Assembly: GCA_965204725.1 (NCBI GenBank)
Contig: OZ242005.1
Coordinates: forward strand, 1,536,001 to 1,600,000
Length of the DNA: 64,000 nt
Source of the DNA: Candidatus Latescibacterota bacterium
GTDB taxonomy: Bacteria > Latescibacterota > UBA2968 > UBA8231
Direction of reading: 5' to 3'
The position numbers and the translations under genes are program-made. This document shows, piece by piece, positions 1 through 8,880 of this stretch; the first letter of the stretch is position 1, and each line of letters opens with the position of its first letter. The notes under the pieces were generated by a model. The model ran no database searches. It had not been told where the DNA came from and was given only the letters and a program-made list of their open reading frames with translations.

Positions 1-2370
1 GAGGCCAACTGGGCACTCAAGCCGCAGCTACATGTCTTTACGCCGCAGGGGCACTTGGGGTTGGTCCAGTTCCGCAAGGACATCAACGCCGCGCTCGACG
101 CCCACCTCTTTACTCATCCGACGAATGAGCGCGGGGAGGTGGCCGGCGGCATCTGGTCGGTGCTGAGCAACCCAAACGACGCCCCCCGGATCATCGACGG
201 GGACCCCGCGACCTTTTGGCAGCCGGCCGGGGCCGACCCGCTCGACAAGTGGATCGTGCAAATCGACTTGGGCCGCGCGGTCTTGGTCAAAGAGATCCGC
301 ATCCATTTCCCGGACGAAGAGGGGGCCAAGCCCTTCCGCCAGTTCAGCGTCTTTGCCTCTACCGGTGCCCACGTCGCGGCTTTGGAGGATGTGTATCGCT
401 TCGCAGCCGTCTATCGCACGACCAAACCCAACTTGGATAGCTATGTCAGTTTTGGCTTTAAGCCGGCCGTGGAGGATACCACCCGTGCGGTGGAGCAGCT
501 CAGCGACGCCGGCGGCCGGGCGGACTTTACCGCGCCGGAGTTCACCGGCGATGCCAATACCGCCACCACCGGCGGCCGCAGCAAGCCCGTGGCGACCGGC
601 CAAGTGAACTCGCGGGTGGCCGCCAACGATCGCTGGCAGATGATCCAGTTCATTCGCTTCATCGTGGATGAGCACCAGCTCGACGGCGCGCTCGCCGAAA
701 TTGAGGTCATGGCCGTTGGCGACAACATCAGCTTGGGGGTCGAGGAAAAGGGCGGCACGTTCATCAATGGCTCGCGGGCGACCGACCCCTTCTTCTGGCT
801 CGACGGCAACCTCAATACGTACGGGGTCATTGAGGTGCATCAGCAGTTTACTGAATCGCGCGGCACGGCCTTTGAAGGGGGCTTGTGGTGGCAGGTCGAT
901 CTGGGGGCTACGTACTGGGTTGACGACGCGTTCGTCTATTGGCAAAAGGCCGGCGAGCGCCTCGCCGACTTCCGCTTGGGCACGAACAACGCCGGCACTG
1001 GGTACACCTTTTTCTCTTCCGACGGCACCGAGACCCTGACCGGCGACATCGACTTTGACACGTGGATTTTTGAACCGGAGTGGACCAATGCCCGCGAGCA
1101 ATACAAGCGGCACTACCGCTATTTGTTCAACCCGCGCAAGGTGCGGCACATCTTCTGGCTGGCCCTGCACGACTTGGGCTGGCGCGCCCATCCCATGGAG
1201 CTACAGATGTTTTCCCCGGGCTACCCAGCCGAAGTCGCGATCCAATCGAATTTTTTGGACCTGAGTGCGCTCGCCGGCGACGGGCAGCCCAAGGTCATCA
1301 AGGCCCTTCACTACGACGCCGACCTGCCGCCCAATACCCAGATTGAGCTGCGCTCCCGCTCGGGCAACGCGATGGGCGAGGTGTACACCTTTCACAACAA
1401 GATCGGCGAGGTCGTTTCCGAGGAGAAGTGGAAGAGCTCGCCCAAGGTGCTGCGGGGCCGCGTGGATACCTCGGTCGTGGTCGGGGAGGATTGGAGCGAG
1501 TGGAGCAATGGGTACAAGCTGGCGGTCGAGCCGTTTAAGTCGGACTCGCCGCGCAAGTTTGTGCAACTCGCGCTGGTTATGAGTACGGACGACCCGGCCG
1601 TGGCGCCGGCGGTGCGCTCGGTCTCGCTAGAGTATGTCGATGCGCTGGTCAACGAGGCGCACGGGTCGATTCGGCCGCGCCAAGCCAAGCCCAACGAGGC
1701 CACCCGCTTCACCTATATGCTGTGGCCGTCTGTGACCCCGGATAACGTGGGTTTTGATCGGCTGCGCTTGGTCGTGCCCGATTTGGTGCGGGCCGACGAG
1801 GTCGAGGTGACGGTCGCCGGCCAAGCGGTCGTGCCAGAATCCATGAAAATTGCGGCGGATTCGCTGCTGATCGACTTGCCGCAGGTGGTGCAAGGCGACT
1901 CGGTGCAGGTAGGCTTTACCACGCGGCTGGTGCAAAACGCCGCGGTGGTAGAAGCCGATCTGGGCCTGAGCGACGCGCCCGGCCTGTGGCAGGATGTGGA
2001 GCCGGCCGCGCGCCGGTCCAACGTGGTGCTCCTGCCCGAGTTAGCCGACAGCGACCGCTTGATTGGCGACTTGCAGCTTTCGACCCGAGTGCTCACGCCC
2101 AATGGCGATGGCGTCAACGATGCGGTCGAGCTCAGCTTCGTCGTCTTCAAGGCTCAACAGGCCGTGCCCAAGGTTGAGGTCAGCGACTTGGCTGGCCGGC
2201 CGGTAGTTTCGTTGACGCCGGTCGCACAGGGGCCGACCCGCCGCTTCAAGTGGAATGGCCGAGACGCCACCGGCGCGCTGGTGCCCCCGGGCATCTACCT
2301 CTGGCGCATCGACGTAAACGCCGACTCGGGCGACGCCACGGCGTTGCGCGTGGTCGAGGTGGCTTACTGA
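1..2370 (+). CDS. Secreted discoidin(F5/8C)-like protein with C-terminal FlgD-Ig/CHU_C-like tail (5' end outside window)
   Basis: Frame is open from base 1 (EANWALKPQ...). IIDGDPATFW...QIDLGRAVLVKEIRI is discoidin-like. C-terminus has LTPNGDGVND...WNGRDATGALVPPGIY. Paralogue of the next gene. Confidence 0.75.
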   Translation, partial: EANWALKPQLHVFTPQGHLGLVQFRKDINAALDAHLFTHPTNERGEVAGGIWSVLSNPNDAPRIIDGDPATFWQPAGADPLDKWIVQIDLGRAVLVKEIRIHFPDEEGAKPFRQFSVFASTGAHVAALEDVYRFAAVYRTTKPNLDSYVSFGFKPAVEDTTRAVEQLSDAGGRADFTAPEFTGDANTATTGGRSKPVATGQVNSRVAANDRWQMIQFIRFIVDEHQLDGALAEIEVMAVGDNISLGVEEKGGTFINGSRATDPFFWLDGNLNTYGVIEVHQQFTESRGTAFEGGLWWQVDLGATYWVDDAFVYWQKAGERLADFRLGTNNAGTGYTFFSSDGTETLTGDIDFDTWIFEPEWTNAREQYKRHYRYLFNPRKVRHIFWLALHDLGWRAHPMELQMFSPGYPAEVAIQSNFLDLSALAGDGQPKVIKALHYDADLPPNTQIELRSRSGNAMGEVYTFHNKIGEVVSEEKWKSSPKVLRGRVDTSVVVGEDWSEWSNGYKLAVEPFKSDSPRKFVQLALVMSTDDPAVAPAVRSVSLEYVDALVNEAHGSIRPRQAKPNEATRFTYMLWPSVTPDNVGFDRLRLVVPDLVRADEVEVTVAGQAVVPESMKIAADSLLIDLPQVVQGDSVQVGFTTRLVQNAAVVEADLGLSDAPGLWQDVEPAARRSNVVLLPELADSDRLIGDLQLSTRVLTPNGDGVNDAVELSFVVFKAQQAVPKVEVSDLAGRPVVSLTPVAQGPTRRFKWNGRDATGALVPPGIYLWRIDVNADSGDATALRVVEVAY

Positions 2371-4709
2371 TGCCGAGGATTTGCTCCCTGCTCGCGGTTT
2401 TGTTGGTCTGCGGTCCGAGCCGCGCCGAGGAAATCCGCTTTGACACCCCGGCCGCGTGGGCGACTTGGGACATGCCCGTGGACATCATTGAGTTTGCAGA
2501 CGACGGCTCGCTGGAGCTAAAGCGGTTTCGCAAGCAGATCAACGCCACCCTCGACGCCCACCTGTTTAGCCAGCCGACCCAGACGCGCGGCCGAGTTGAA
2601 GGGGGAATATGGCAGGCCGGTTCCAATCCGGCCGCGGCCCGCCGCATCATGGACGGCGATCGGGCGACGGTGTGGCGTCCTAGCCCGTCCGACGATCTGG
2701 TTGATTGGGTCGTGACCATTGACTTGGGGCGGCCGGTGCTCGTCGAGCGCATCCGCTTGGTGTTTCCCGACCGCGCCGGTGCGCGTCCTTGGCGGCAATT
2801 CAGCGTCTTTACGGCCAATGGGGCGCGCATTCAGGCCACGGACGATGTCTTCAAGTTCGACCAAGCCTTTCAGACGACCCAGCCCAATCAAGAGCAGGTC
2901 GTCGATATTGAGCTGGTCGGCGAGCGCGACGTAACGCGGGTCATCGACGAAAGCCTCGAGCTGGAACCGGCCGCGCTGAACACCTTTCGCATGGTGCGGT
3001 TTGTGCGCGTGCGCGCCGACGCAAAAAGCGCGGATGCGGCCCTAGCCGAAGTGGAGGTGATCGCCGTGGGCGACAACATAAGCCTCGGAGTCTTGGCGCG
3101 CGGCGGCAGCTTTGACAACGGGCTTTTGGCACGCGAGCCGCAGAACATGTTCGACGGCATCACCGACACGTACGGCAATATATTCACCGTCAAGACCAAG
3201 GGCGGCTGGCGCGAGAGCGGGGTGTGGTGGGCCGTTGATTTAGGGGCGTTGTTTTGGCTCGACGAAGCCTTCATTTACTGGCAGAATCGCGGCGAGGGCC
3301 AGTCGAGCTTCCTGTTCGAGGGGTTGCATGCGGGCACCGGCTACCAAATCCTCTTTTCCGATGGCCGGCGCACCATTGCCGGCGATATCGACTACACGCC
3401 GCTCATTTTAGAACCCGCGCCGATGACCACGGCCGAGCGGGCCTTGCGCCACCACCGCTACGTGTTTGCCCCGCGCAAAATTCGCTACCTGTTCTGGCAT
3501 TCGCTGACGGATACCGGCTGGTTTTCCCACCCCATGGAGTTGATGCTGTTCTCCTCGGGCTATCCCGCGCAAGTGGTCTTGCGCTCGGAGTTTATTGACC
3601 TCGGCCAGTTCGCCGGCGACGACCGCCCCAAGGCCATTAAGCGCTTGCGCTGGGAGGCGACGCTGCCCGAGCAGACGCGGTTGCAGGTGCGCTCGCGCTC
3701 GGGCAATACCCTGCAAGAGCTATACACGTTTTACGACAAAAAGGGCGAGGAAGTCACCCAGACGCGCTACAACAGCTTGCCCAAAGTCATCCGCGGCCCC
3801 ATTGACACGGTGGTCTCCACCGGTGCCGATTGGAGTGCGTGGAGCAACTTCTACCAGTTTTCCGGCGAGGCGTTTAAGTCGGAGACGCCGCGCCGCTTCA
3901 TTCAGTTGGACTTAATGCTCTCCACAGAGGACCCAGCTGTCGCGCCGGTGTTACACGCCCTCAGCCTCGATTTTGAGGACGCCTTGGTCACTTGGGCGGC
4001 CGGTCAGGTCACGCCGCGCCACGCCGCACCCAACGAGGCGACGCGATTCACCTACGCCCTACAGACGAGCGCGAGCGCGGACGATTCGGGCTTTGATCGG
4101 CTGCGCTTTTCCACGCCGAGTGCTGTGGATGCCGCGGGTGTGCGGCTGTGGATCGGTGGGGCCGAACGCGCCGCACACGTGCGCGTAGCCGGGGATTCCC
4201 TGTTGTTCGTGGATTTACCGGAGACGGTGCTCACCGATTCGATCGCCTTGGAGTTCACGACCAAGGTGCTGCACAACGCCACGGTCTTTGCCGCTGATTT
4301 GGGGCAGGAGGCGCGGCCGGGGCTGTGGCAGTCGGTGGAGGCGGCCGAGCGGCAAGCGAACTTGGTGTTTTTGCCCGACCTGCCCGGCAGCGAGCGGTTG
4401 ATCGGCGACTTGCAGATCGCGCCGCTGGCCTTTTCGCCCAACGGCGATGGCGTCAACGACCGCCTGCACATTCGCTTTGCCTTGTTCAAGGCCGTCGATG
4501 TCACCCCGAGCGTCCGCATTTTCGACTTGGCGGGGCGGGAAGTGGTCCGCCTCGCGTCGTCAGGGGCAGGCGTTTTGCAGGCGTTTAGTTGGGACGGGTT
4601 GGATGCGTCGGGGGCTCGGGTCGCGCCCGGGGTGTACGCGTGCCGCATTGACGCGGGCGCCGCCGCTGGGCAGGGCCAAGTGGTACGCACCGTAGCCGTA
4701 GCGTATTGA
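2370..4709 (+). CDS. Secreted discoidin-like/FlgD-Ig tail protein, tandem paralogue
   Basis: ATG at 2370 overlaps the upstream stop (TGATG). Signal peptide MPRICSLLAVLLVCGPSRA. Shares FRK.INA.LDAHLF, GDNISLG, HPMEL, RSRSGN and SPNGDGVND...WDG motifs with gene 1. Confidence 0.8.
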   Translation: MPRICSLLAVLLVCGPSRAEEIRFDTPAAWATWDMPVDIIEFADDGSLELKRFRKQINATLDAHLFSQPTQTRGRVEGGIWQAGSNPAAARRIMDGDRATVWRPSPSDDLVDWVVTIDLGRPVLVERIRLVFPDRAGARPWRQFSVFTANGARIQATDDVFKFDQAFQTTQPNQEQVVDIELVGERDVTRVIDESLELEPAALNTFRMVRFVRVRADAKSADAALAEVEVIAVGDNISLGVLARGGSFDNGLLAREPQNMFDGITDTYGNIFTVKTKGGWRESGVWWAVDLGALFWLDEAFIYWQNRGEGQSSFLFEGLHAGTGYQILFSDGRRTIAGDIDYTPLILEPAPMTTAERALRHHRYVFAPRKIRYLFWHSLTDTGWFSHPMELMLFSSGYPAQVVLRSEFIDLGQFAGDDRPKAIKRLRWEATLPEQTRLQVRSRSGNTLQELYTFYDKKGEEVTQTRYNSLPKVIRGPIDTVVSTGADWSAWSNFYQFSGEAFKSETPRRFIQLDLMLSTEDPAVAPVLHALSLDFEDALVTWAAGQVTPRHAAPNEATRFTYALQTSASADDSGFDRLRFSTPSAVDAAGVRLWIGGAERAAHVRVAGDSLLFVDLPETVLTDSIALEFTTKVLHNATVFAADLGQEARPGLWQSVEAAERQANLVFLPDLPGSERLIGDLQIAPLAFSPNGDGVNDRLHIRFALFKAVDVTPSVRIFDLAGREVVRLASSGAGVLQAFSWDGLDASGARVAPGVYACRIDAGAAAGQGQVVRTVAVAY

Positions 4710-4724
4710 GGATTGAGGAATGCC

Positions 4725-6599
4725 ATGACTGTCGCCCCGGCCGTGTACCGCGAGCAAAAGTGGATCATCTCGCCTTTTGGCGACCTGTTCTTTTTTATTG
4801 GGACGCCGCTGTTGTGCTTGGTGACCATGCTGCCCTTGCGGGCCGCGTTTGACTCGCAGACCATTGCGTTTTACGCGCTGGCCCTGTTTGCCACCGGCCA
4901 TCACTTGCCGGGTTTTATGCGCGCCTACGGCGACCCCGCGCTCTTTAGCACCTTCAAGGAGAAGTTCGTGGTCGCGCCGATCGTCGTCCTCATGGTGGTG
5001 GCGTTGGCGCAGTTCAACACCCTGCACGGGCTTTTCCTGATCGTCTTGGTGTGGGAGATCTGGCACCTCTTTATGCAGCACTACGGCATCATGCGGATCT
5101 ACGATGCCAAAAACAAAATTTTCTCCAAGATCGACGCCCGGCTCGACTGGCTGTTGACCTTGTGCGCCTTTGTAACGGTGGTCATCTATAGCCCCGAATA
5201 CTTTCACCGCATCCTAGACCACAACCAGCGAGTCGGCGTGCCCTTCCTGTCGGCCGAGTGGACGTTCCTGCTCAAAAAGGGGCTGTTCTACGTTACTATG
5301 GCCGTGCTCGCGGCCTACTTGGCCAACATCGTCCGGCGGGCGGTCACCGGCCAGAAGATCAGCCTGCCCAAGATCGCGGTGATGGCGACTACCGTGTTTA
5401 TCATCTACTACGGCTGGATCCACATCAACGACCTCGTCATTGGCTACGCGGCCTTTGCCGTTTTCCACGACATTCAGTACTTCGCCATCGTCTGGATCTA
5501 CAACAACAACCTCGTCAAAAGGCAGGAGCAGACGACCAAGCTCCTGCGGACCTTCTTTACCACGCGCACCGTGCCGATCCTCGTCGCGTACGTGCTCGTG
5601 TGCTTTGCCTACGGTAGCATCAACATGATGGAAGGCTTCCTCAAGTCTGAGCAGGCGATCAAAATGGTCGAGATCTTCGTCATCACCTCGACGCTTTTGC
5701 ACTACTACTTCGACGGGTTTATCTGGAAAATCCGCGACCGCAAAAACCAAGCCAATCTAGGGATCAAGGCCGAAGCGGGCGCGGACCGCATTGGGTTGCG
5801 GGCCTTGCCCAGCGGCTTGGTCGCGTACGTGCGCGAGGCCGGCCGGCAGTTGGCCTATTTTGCGGTGCCGGTGGTGCTGCTCTCGCTGTTTCAGTTTTAC
5901 TGGACAGCCAGCGAGGCCGAGGCGCGGGAGAAGATGGTCGAATTGTTCCCGGACTTGGCCGGCGCCCACAACAATCTCGGCGTCTTCTATGCGCGGCAGG
6001 GCGATTGGGAACGGGCGGCTGGCGAGTATCGGCGAGCGCTTGCGCTGGATGACGGGGCCTATGAGGCGCACAAGAACCTCGGCTTACTCTATGCGCGGCA
6101 GGGCTTGCTCGACGAGGCGCACCTACACTACCAGCAGGCGATAGACCACAAGCCGCGCTACGTCGAAGCGCTCAACGCGCAGGGCTTGGTTCTTTTGCAG
6201 CGGGGCGAGTTCGCTCAGGCCGAGCAACGCTTCCGTGCGGCCCTCGACGAGTTCGACTATGCCCCGGCGTACAACAACCTCGGCACGGCCTATTTGCAGA
6301 TGGGCAATGTGCCGCAGGCGCTCGCGGCCTACGAAAAGGCCGTCGCGCTCGACCGGCTGGACGCCTCGCACCACTTCAACTTGGGGTTGGCCTTGCAGAA
6401 GGCCGGCGAAGATGAGCGGGCGGTCACCGCGTTTGCGGCCGCGCTCTCCGTTCAGCCGCGCCACGTCAAAGCCTATTTGAGCATGGCGCTTTCCTACCAG
6501 CGGCTGGGGCACCTCGCCGAGGCGCGGCAGGCGCTGCAGCAGTTGTTGGCGGTGGAGCCGAACCACGCTACGGCCGCACGGCTGCTGGCGCGGCTGTAA
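4725..6599 (+). CDS. Multi-pass membrane protein with conserved His motifs fused to C-terminal TPR repeats
   Basis: ATG after GAGGA. About 9-10 hydrophobic segments with GHHLPG, WHLFMQHYG, FHDIQY, HYYFDGFIW. TPRs: AHNNLGVFY, AHKNLGLLY, AYNNLGTAY, HFNLGLAL. Confidence 0.8.
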   Translation: MTVAPAVYREQKWIISPFGDLFFFIGTPLLCLVTMLPLRAAFDSQTIAFYALALFATGHHLPGFMRAYGDPALFSTFKEKFVVAPIVVLMVVALAQFNTLHGLFLIVLVWEIWHLFMQHYGIMRIYDAKNKIFSKIDARLDWLLTLCAFVTVVIYSPEYFHRILDHNQRVGVPFLSAEWTFLLKKGLFYVTMAVLAAYLANIVRRAVTGQKISLPKIAVMATTVFIIYYGWIHINDLVIGYAAFAVFHDIQYFAIVWIYNNNLVKRQEQTTKLLRTFFTTRTVPILVAYVLVCFAYGSINMMEGFLKSEQAIKMVEIFVITSTLLHYYFDGFIWKIRDRKNQANLGIKAEAGADRIGLRALPSGLVAYVREAGRQLAYFAVPVVLLSLFQFYWTASEAEAREKMVELFPDLAGAHNNLGVFYARQGDWERAAGEYRRALALDDGAYEAHKNLGLLYARQGLLDEAHLHYQQAIDHKPRYVEALNAQGLVLLQRGEFAQAEQRFRAALDEFDYAPAYNNLGTAYLQMGNVPQALAAYEKAVALDRLDASHHFNLGLALQKAGEDERAVTAFAAALSVQPRHVKAYLSMALSYQRLGHLAEARQALQQLLAVEPNHATAARLLARL

Positions 6600-6604
6600 G
6601 CGGC

Positions 6605-8860
6605 TTAGTCTAGACGCTCTAGGGCCGGGGCCTCTTCGCGGACCCGGTATATCCCATTGGCCTCCACGTCGGTAAAAATTTGCACGGTGCCTGACGGCCA
6701 GTGCAAAGTCAGCGTGTCGAGCACCCCCGCTTTTCCCAACCCAATCTCCTGTTGTAAGGTCGAAGCTCCAAAACTCGCGCCCGTGCCGGCGAGGACGTGG
6801 ATGGTCCGCGTTCCGGCGCGCGCTTGAATCCGCGTCCCGATTCCGGCGCGATTCGACTGGGTGCCCTCCAACTTGAGGGTGATCCAGTGGTTGCCGTGCC
6901 CGGGGTTTGCAAAGAGCACATTGGTGTACACGTCCCCGGAATAGGCCCCGCCGATCACGGCGTAGATGTCCTGATCCCCGTCGTTGTCTATATCGCCGAA
7001 GGCGACGCCGTGTCCCTTTTGCAGGTGTCCGAAGCCGCCGGACGTGGTCACGTCTTCAAAACGCTGCCCGCCGGCGTTGCGAAACATTCGGTTGGGCATC
7101 AGCGCCCGGTAGTCTGGGTCGCCGGTGCCAACGTAGAAGTCGAGCCAGCCGTCGTTGTCGAGGTCGCCGAAGTTGCAGCCCATCGTGTAGAGGACTTTGT
7201 CGCTGTGGGTCTGTTCGGCCCTATCGACGAAGGTGCCGTCGCCTTGGTTGCGGTAGAGGCGGGGCGGCTCGCCTTTGTGCGGCAGACCCATGTAATCGGC
7301 GGCCACATCGCCGGCGTCGGCCTTGTAGCCAGAGACGAACAGGTCGAGCCAGCCGTCGTTGTCGTAGTCCCAAAACCACACCGGAAAGCTGAACGTCGGT
7401 TGGCTCACGCCCGCGCGGGCGGTGATGTCGGAGAAGCGCCAGCGGCCGTTGGCGTCTGGGCCGTCGTTGTGGAAGAGTAGATTGGGTTGTCCGAGGCGGG
7501 AGATGTACAGGTCGGGCCGGCGGTCGTTGTCTATGTCGCCCCAAGCGACCCCTTTGACAAAGCCTATTACATCTAGGCCGACGGCCGCTGCTACATCGAC
7601 AAAGGTGCCGTCGCCTTGGTTGTGGAACAACTCGCAGGGATGCCGCTGTTGGGCCGAGGACTCGTTGCCCACGAACAGGTCGAGGAAGCCATCGTTGTCG
7701 AAGTCGGCCCAAGCCGCTGTCTGCGTTGGGTGCAAGGTAAGCAGCCCGGCCGCTTGGGTTACGTCGGCGAAAGTGCCGTCGCCTTGGTTGCGCAATAGGG
7801 AGTTGGGATGCAGCCCGTCGGCCCCAAACCAGCCGCCGCGCAGGATGAGCACATCGGCAAAGCCGTCGTTGTCAAAGTCCGTCTGCACGGCGTTGAGGCC
7901 GCCGACTAGGCCGGTCAAGCCCGCCGCGGCCGTGCGCTCGGCAAAGGTGCCGTCGCCTTGGTTGCGGAAGTAGCGCAGTGGATCGCTGAGGCCCCAAGAA
8001 GTGGCCATGATGTCGGGGAAGCCGTCGTTGTCAAAGTCTTCCATAATGCCGCCCCCGGCCAAGCCGAGGACATTCAACCCGAGGGCCGGGGCTTGGTCGG
8101 GGAAGCGACCAATATCGGCGTCAGGGGCAAAGACGGCCGGGGGAATGAGGTGGGCGGCTGGCACCGCGTGCGGATATTCGCCCACGGTCATATAGGCGAT
8201 GTTGAGCAACCAGCGCGAGGTTAGGTCGTAGGGTTTTTTGGTCAACACGGTGCGGTAGTAGGTAATGGCTGCTCGCGAGCCGTCTTGCATCTTGTGGACG
8301 CCCTCGGCCTCAATGGGCAGTAGGCAGGAAGCGAGGTTGTGGTCGTGGATGCAGTTTTGCTGCTCGCCGAGCCGCAAATAGGCGAGGGCGATCATCTCGT
8401 TGAGGCTCGGCCGGGTGCGGAAGCGGTGGGCGTCGGCTTGGGCGCGCACTTGCTCGAACAGGGTGGCCGCCTCGGCGGACGCGCCGGCGCGCAACAGCTC
8501 TTTGGCCAGCTCGACCTGTTGGCTGAGTTGTTGCACCGGATCGGCTGGGGTCGGCTGGCGGCGCAGCCAGTCAACCCGGCGTTGACTCAAGTAGATGTTG
8601 TCCGCGGCGTTGGCCTGCTCGGCGAGGGCGGCGAGTTGCTCGGCCATGCGCTGAGTGCCGGGGGACTGATAGGGATCGGGTGTGCAACTCGCTAGCGCGA
8701 GGACCAAGATGGCGATGAGGCTTACTACCCGACACCAACCGCTCGCCTGCCAAGGATCGAGGGCATCTTGCCCTCGTCGAGGGCGGGACGCCCTCGATCC
8801 CGGACGCAGCAGAAACCGCAGAAAATGCCGACTCAAAATAAGGATCGCGTACTTAGGCAC
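6605..8860 (-). CDS. CRTAC1-family FG-GAP repeat / ASPIC-UnbV lipoprotein
   Basis: Repeated DFDNDG..D and NQGDGTF motifs. C-terminal NHWITLKLEG.QSNRAGIG...QEIGLG...WPSG (ASPIC/UnbV). Lipobox LALASC. Start codon uncertain. Confidence 0.85.
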   Translation of the reverse strand: MPKYAILILSRHFLRFLLRPGSRASRPRRGQDALDPWQASGWCRVVSLIAILVLALASCTPDPYQSPGTQRMAEQLAALAEQANAADNIYLSQRRVDWLRRQPTPADPVQQLSQQVELAKELLRAGASAEAATLFEQVRAQADAHRFRTRPSLNEMIALAYLRLGEQQNCIHDHNLASCLLPIEAEGVHKMQDGSRAAITYYRTVLTKKPYDLTSRWLLNIAYMTVGEYPHAVPAAHLIPPAVFAPDADIGRFPDQAPALGLNVLGLAGGGIMEDFDNDGFPDIMATSWGLSDPLRYFRNQGDGTFAERTAAAGLTGLVGGLNAVQTDFDNDGFADVLILRGGWFGADGLHPNSLLRNQGDGTFADVTQAAGLLTLHPTQTAAWADFDNDGFLDLFVGNESSAQQRHPCELFHNQGDGTFVDVAAAVGLDVIGFVKGVAWGDIDNDRRPDLYISRLGQPNLLFHNDGPDANGRWRFSDITARAGVSQPTFSFPVWFWDYDNDGWLDLFVSGYKADAGDVAADYMGLPHKGEPPRLYRNQGDGTFVDRAEQTHSDKVLYTMGCNFGDLDNDGWLDFYVGTGDPDYRALMPNRMFRNAGGQRFEDVTTSGGFGHLQKGHGVAFGDIDNDGDQDIYAVIGGAYSGDVYTNVLFANPGHGNHWITLKLEGTQSNRAGIGTRIQARAGTRTIHVLAGTGASFGASTLQQEIGLGKAGVLDTLTLHWPSGTVQIFTDVEANGIYRVREEAPALERLD
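8754..8800. repeat. REP-like doublet palindrome (47 bp)
   Basis: GGATCGAGGGCATCTTGCCCTCG-T-CGAGGGCGGGACGCCCTCGATCC. The arms are reverse complements with 3 mismatches and each arm is itself a hairpin. Confidence 0.75.
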
Positions 8861-8880
8861 AGGGATTCATTCCGCGGCTT

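Noticed and set aside
28-1191. Long antisense and alternate-frame ORFs (also 9448-10575, 10403-11602, 18006-19241 and many others)
   Set aside because: They overlap well-supported genes, carry no motifs and are expected shadow ORFs in high-GC DNA.
6960-8040. Recurring gccgtcgttgtc / gtgccgtcgccttggttg DNA repeats as a possible CRISPR array
   Set aside because: They encode the FG-GAP motifs DNDG and NQGDGT inside a CDS, spacing is irregular and no cas genes are present.
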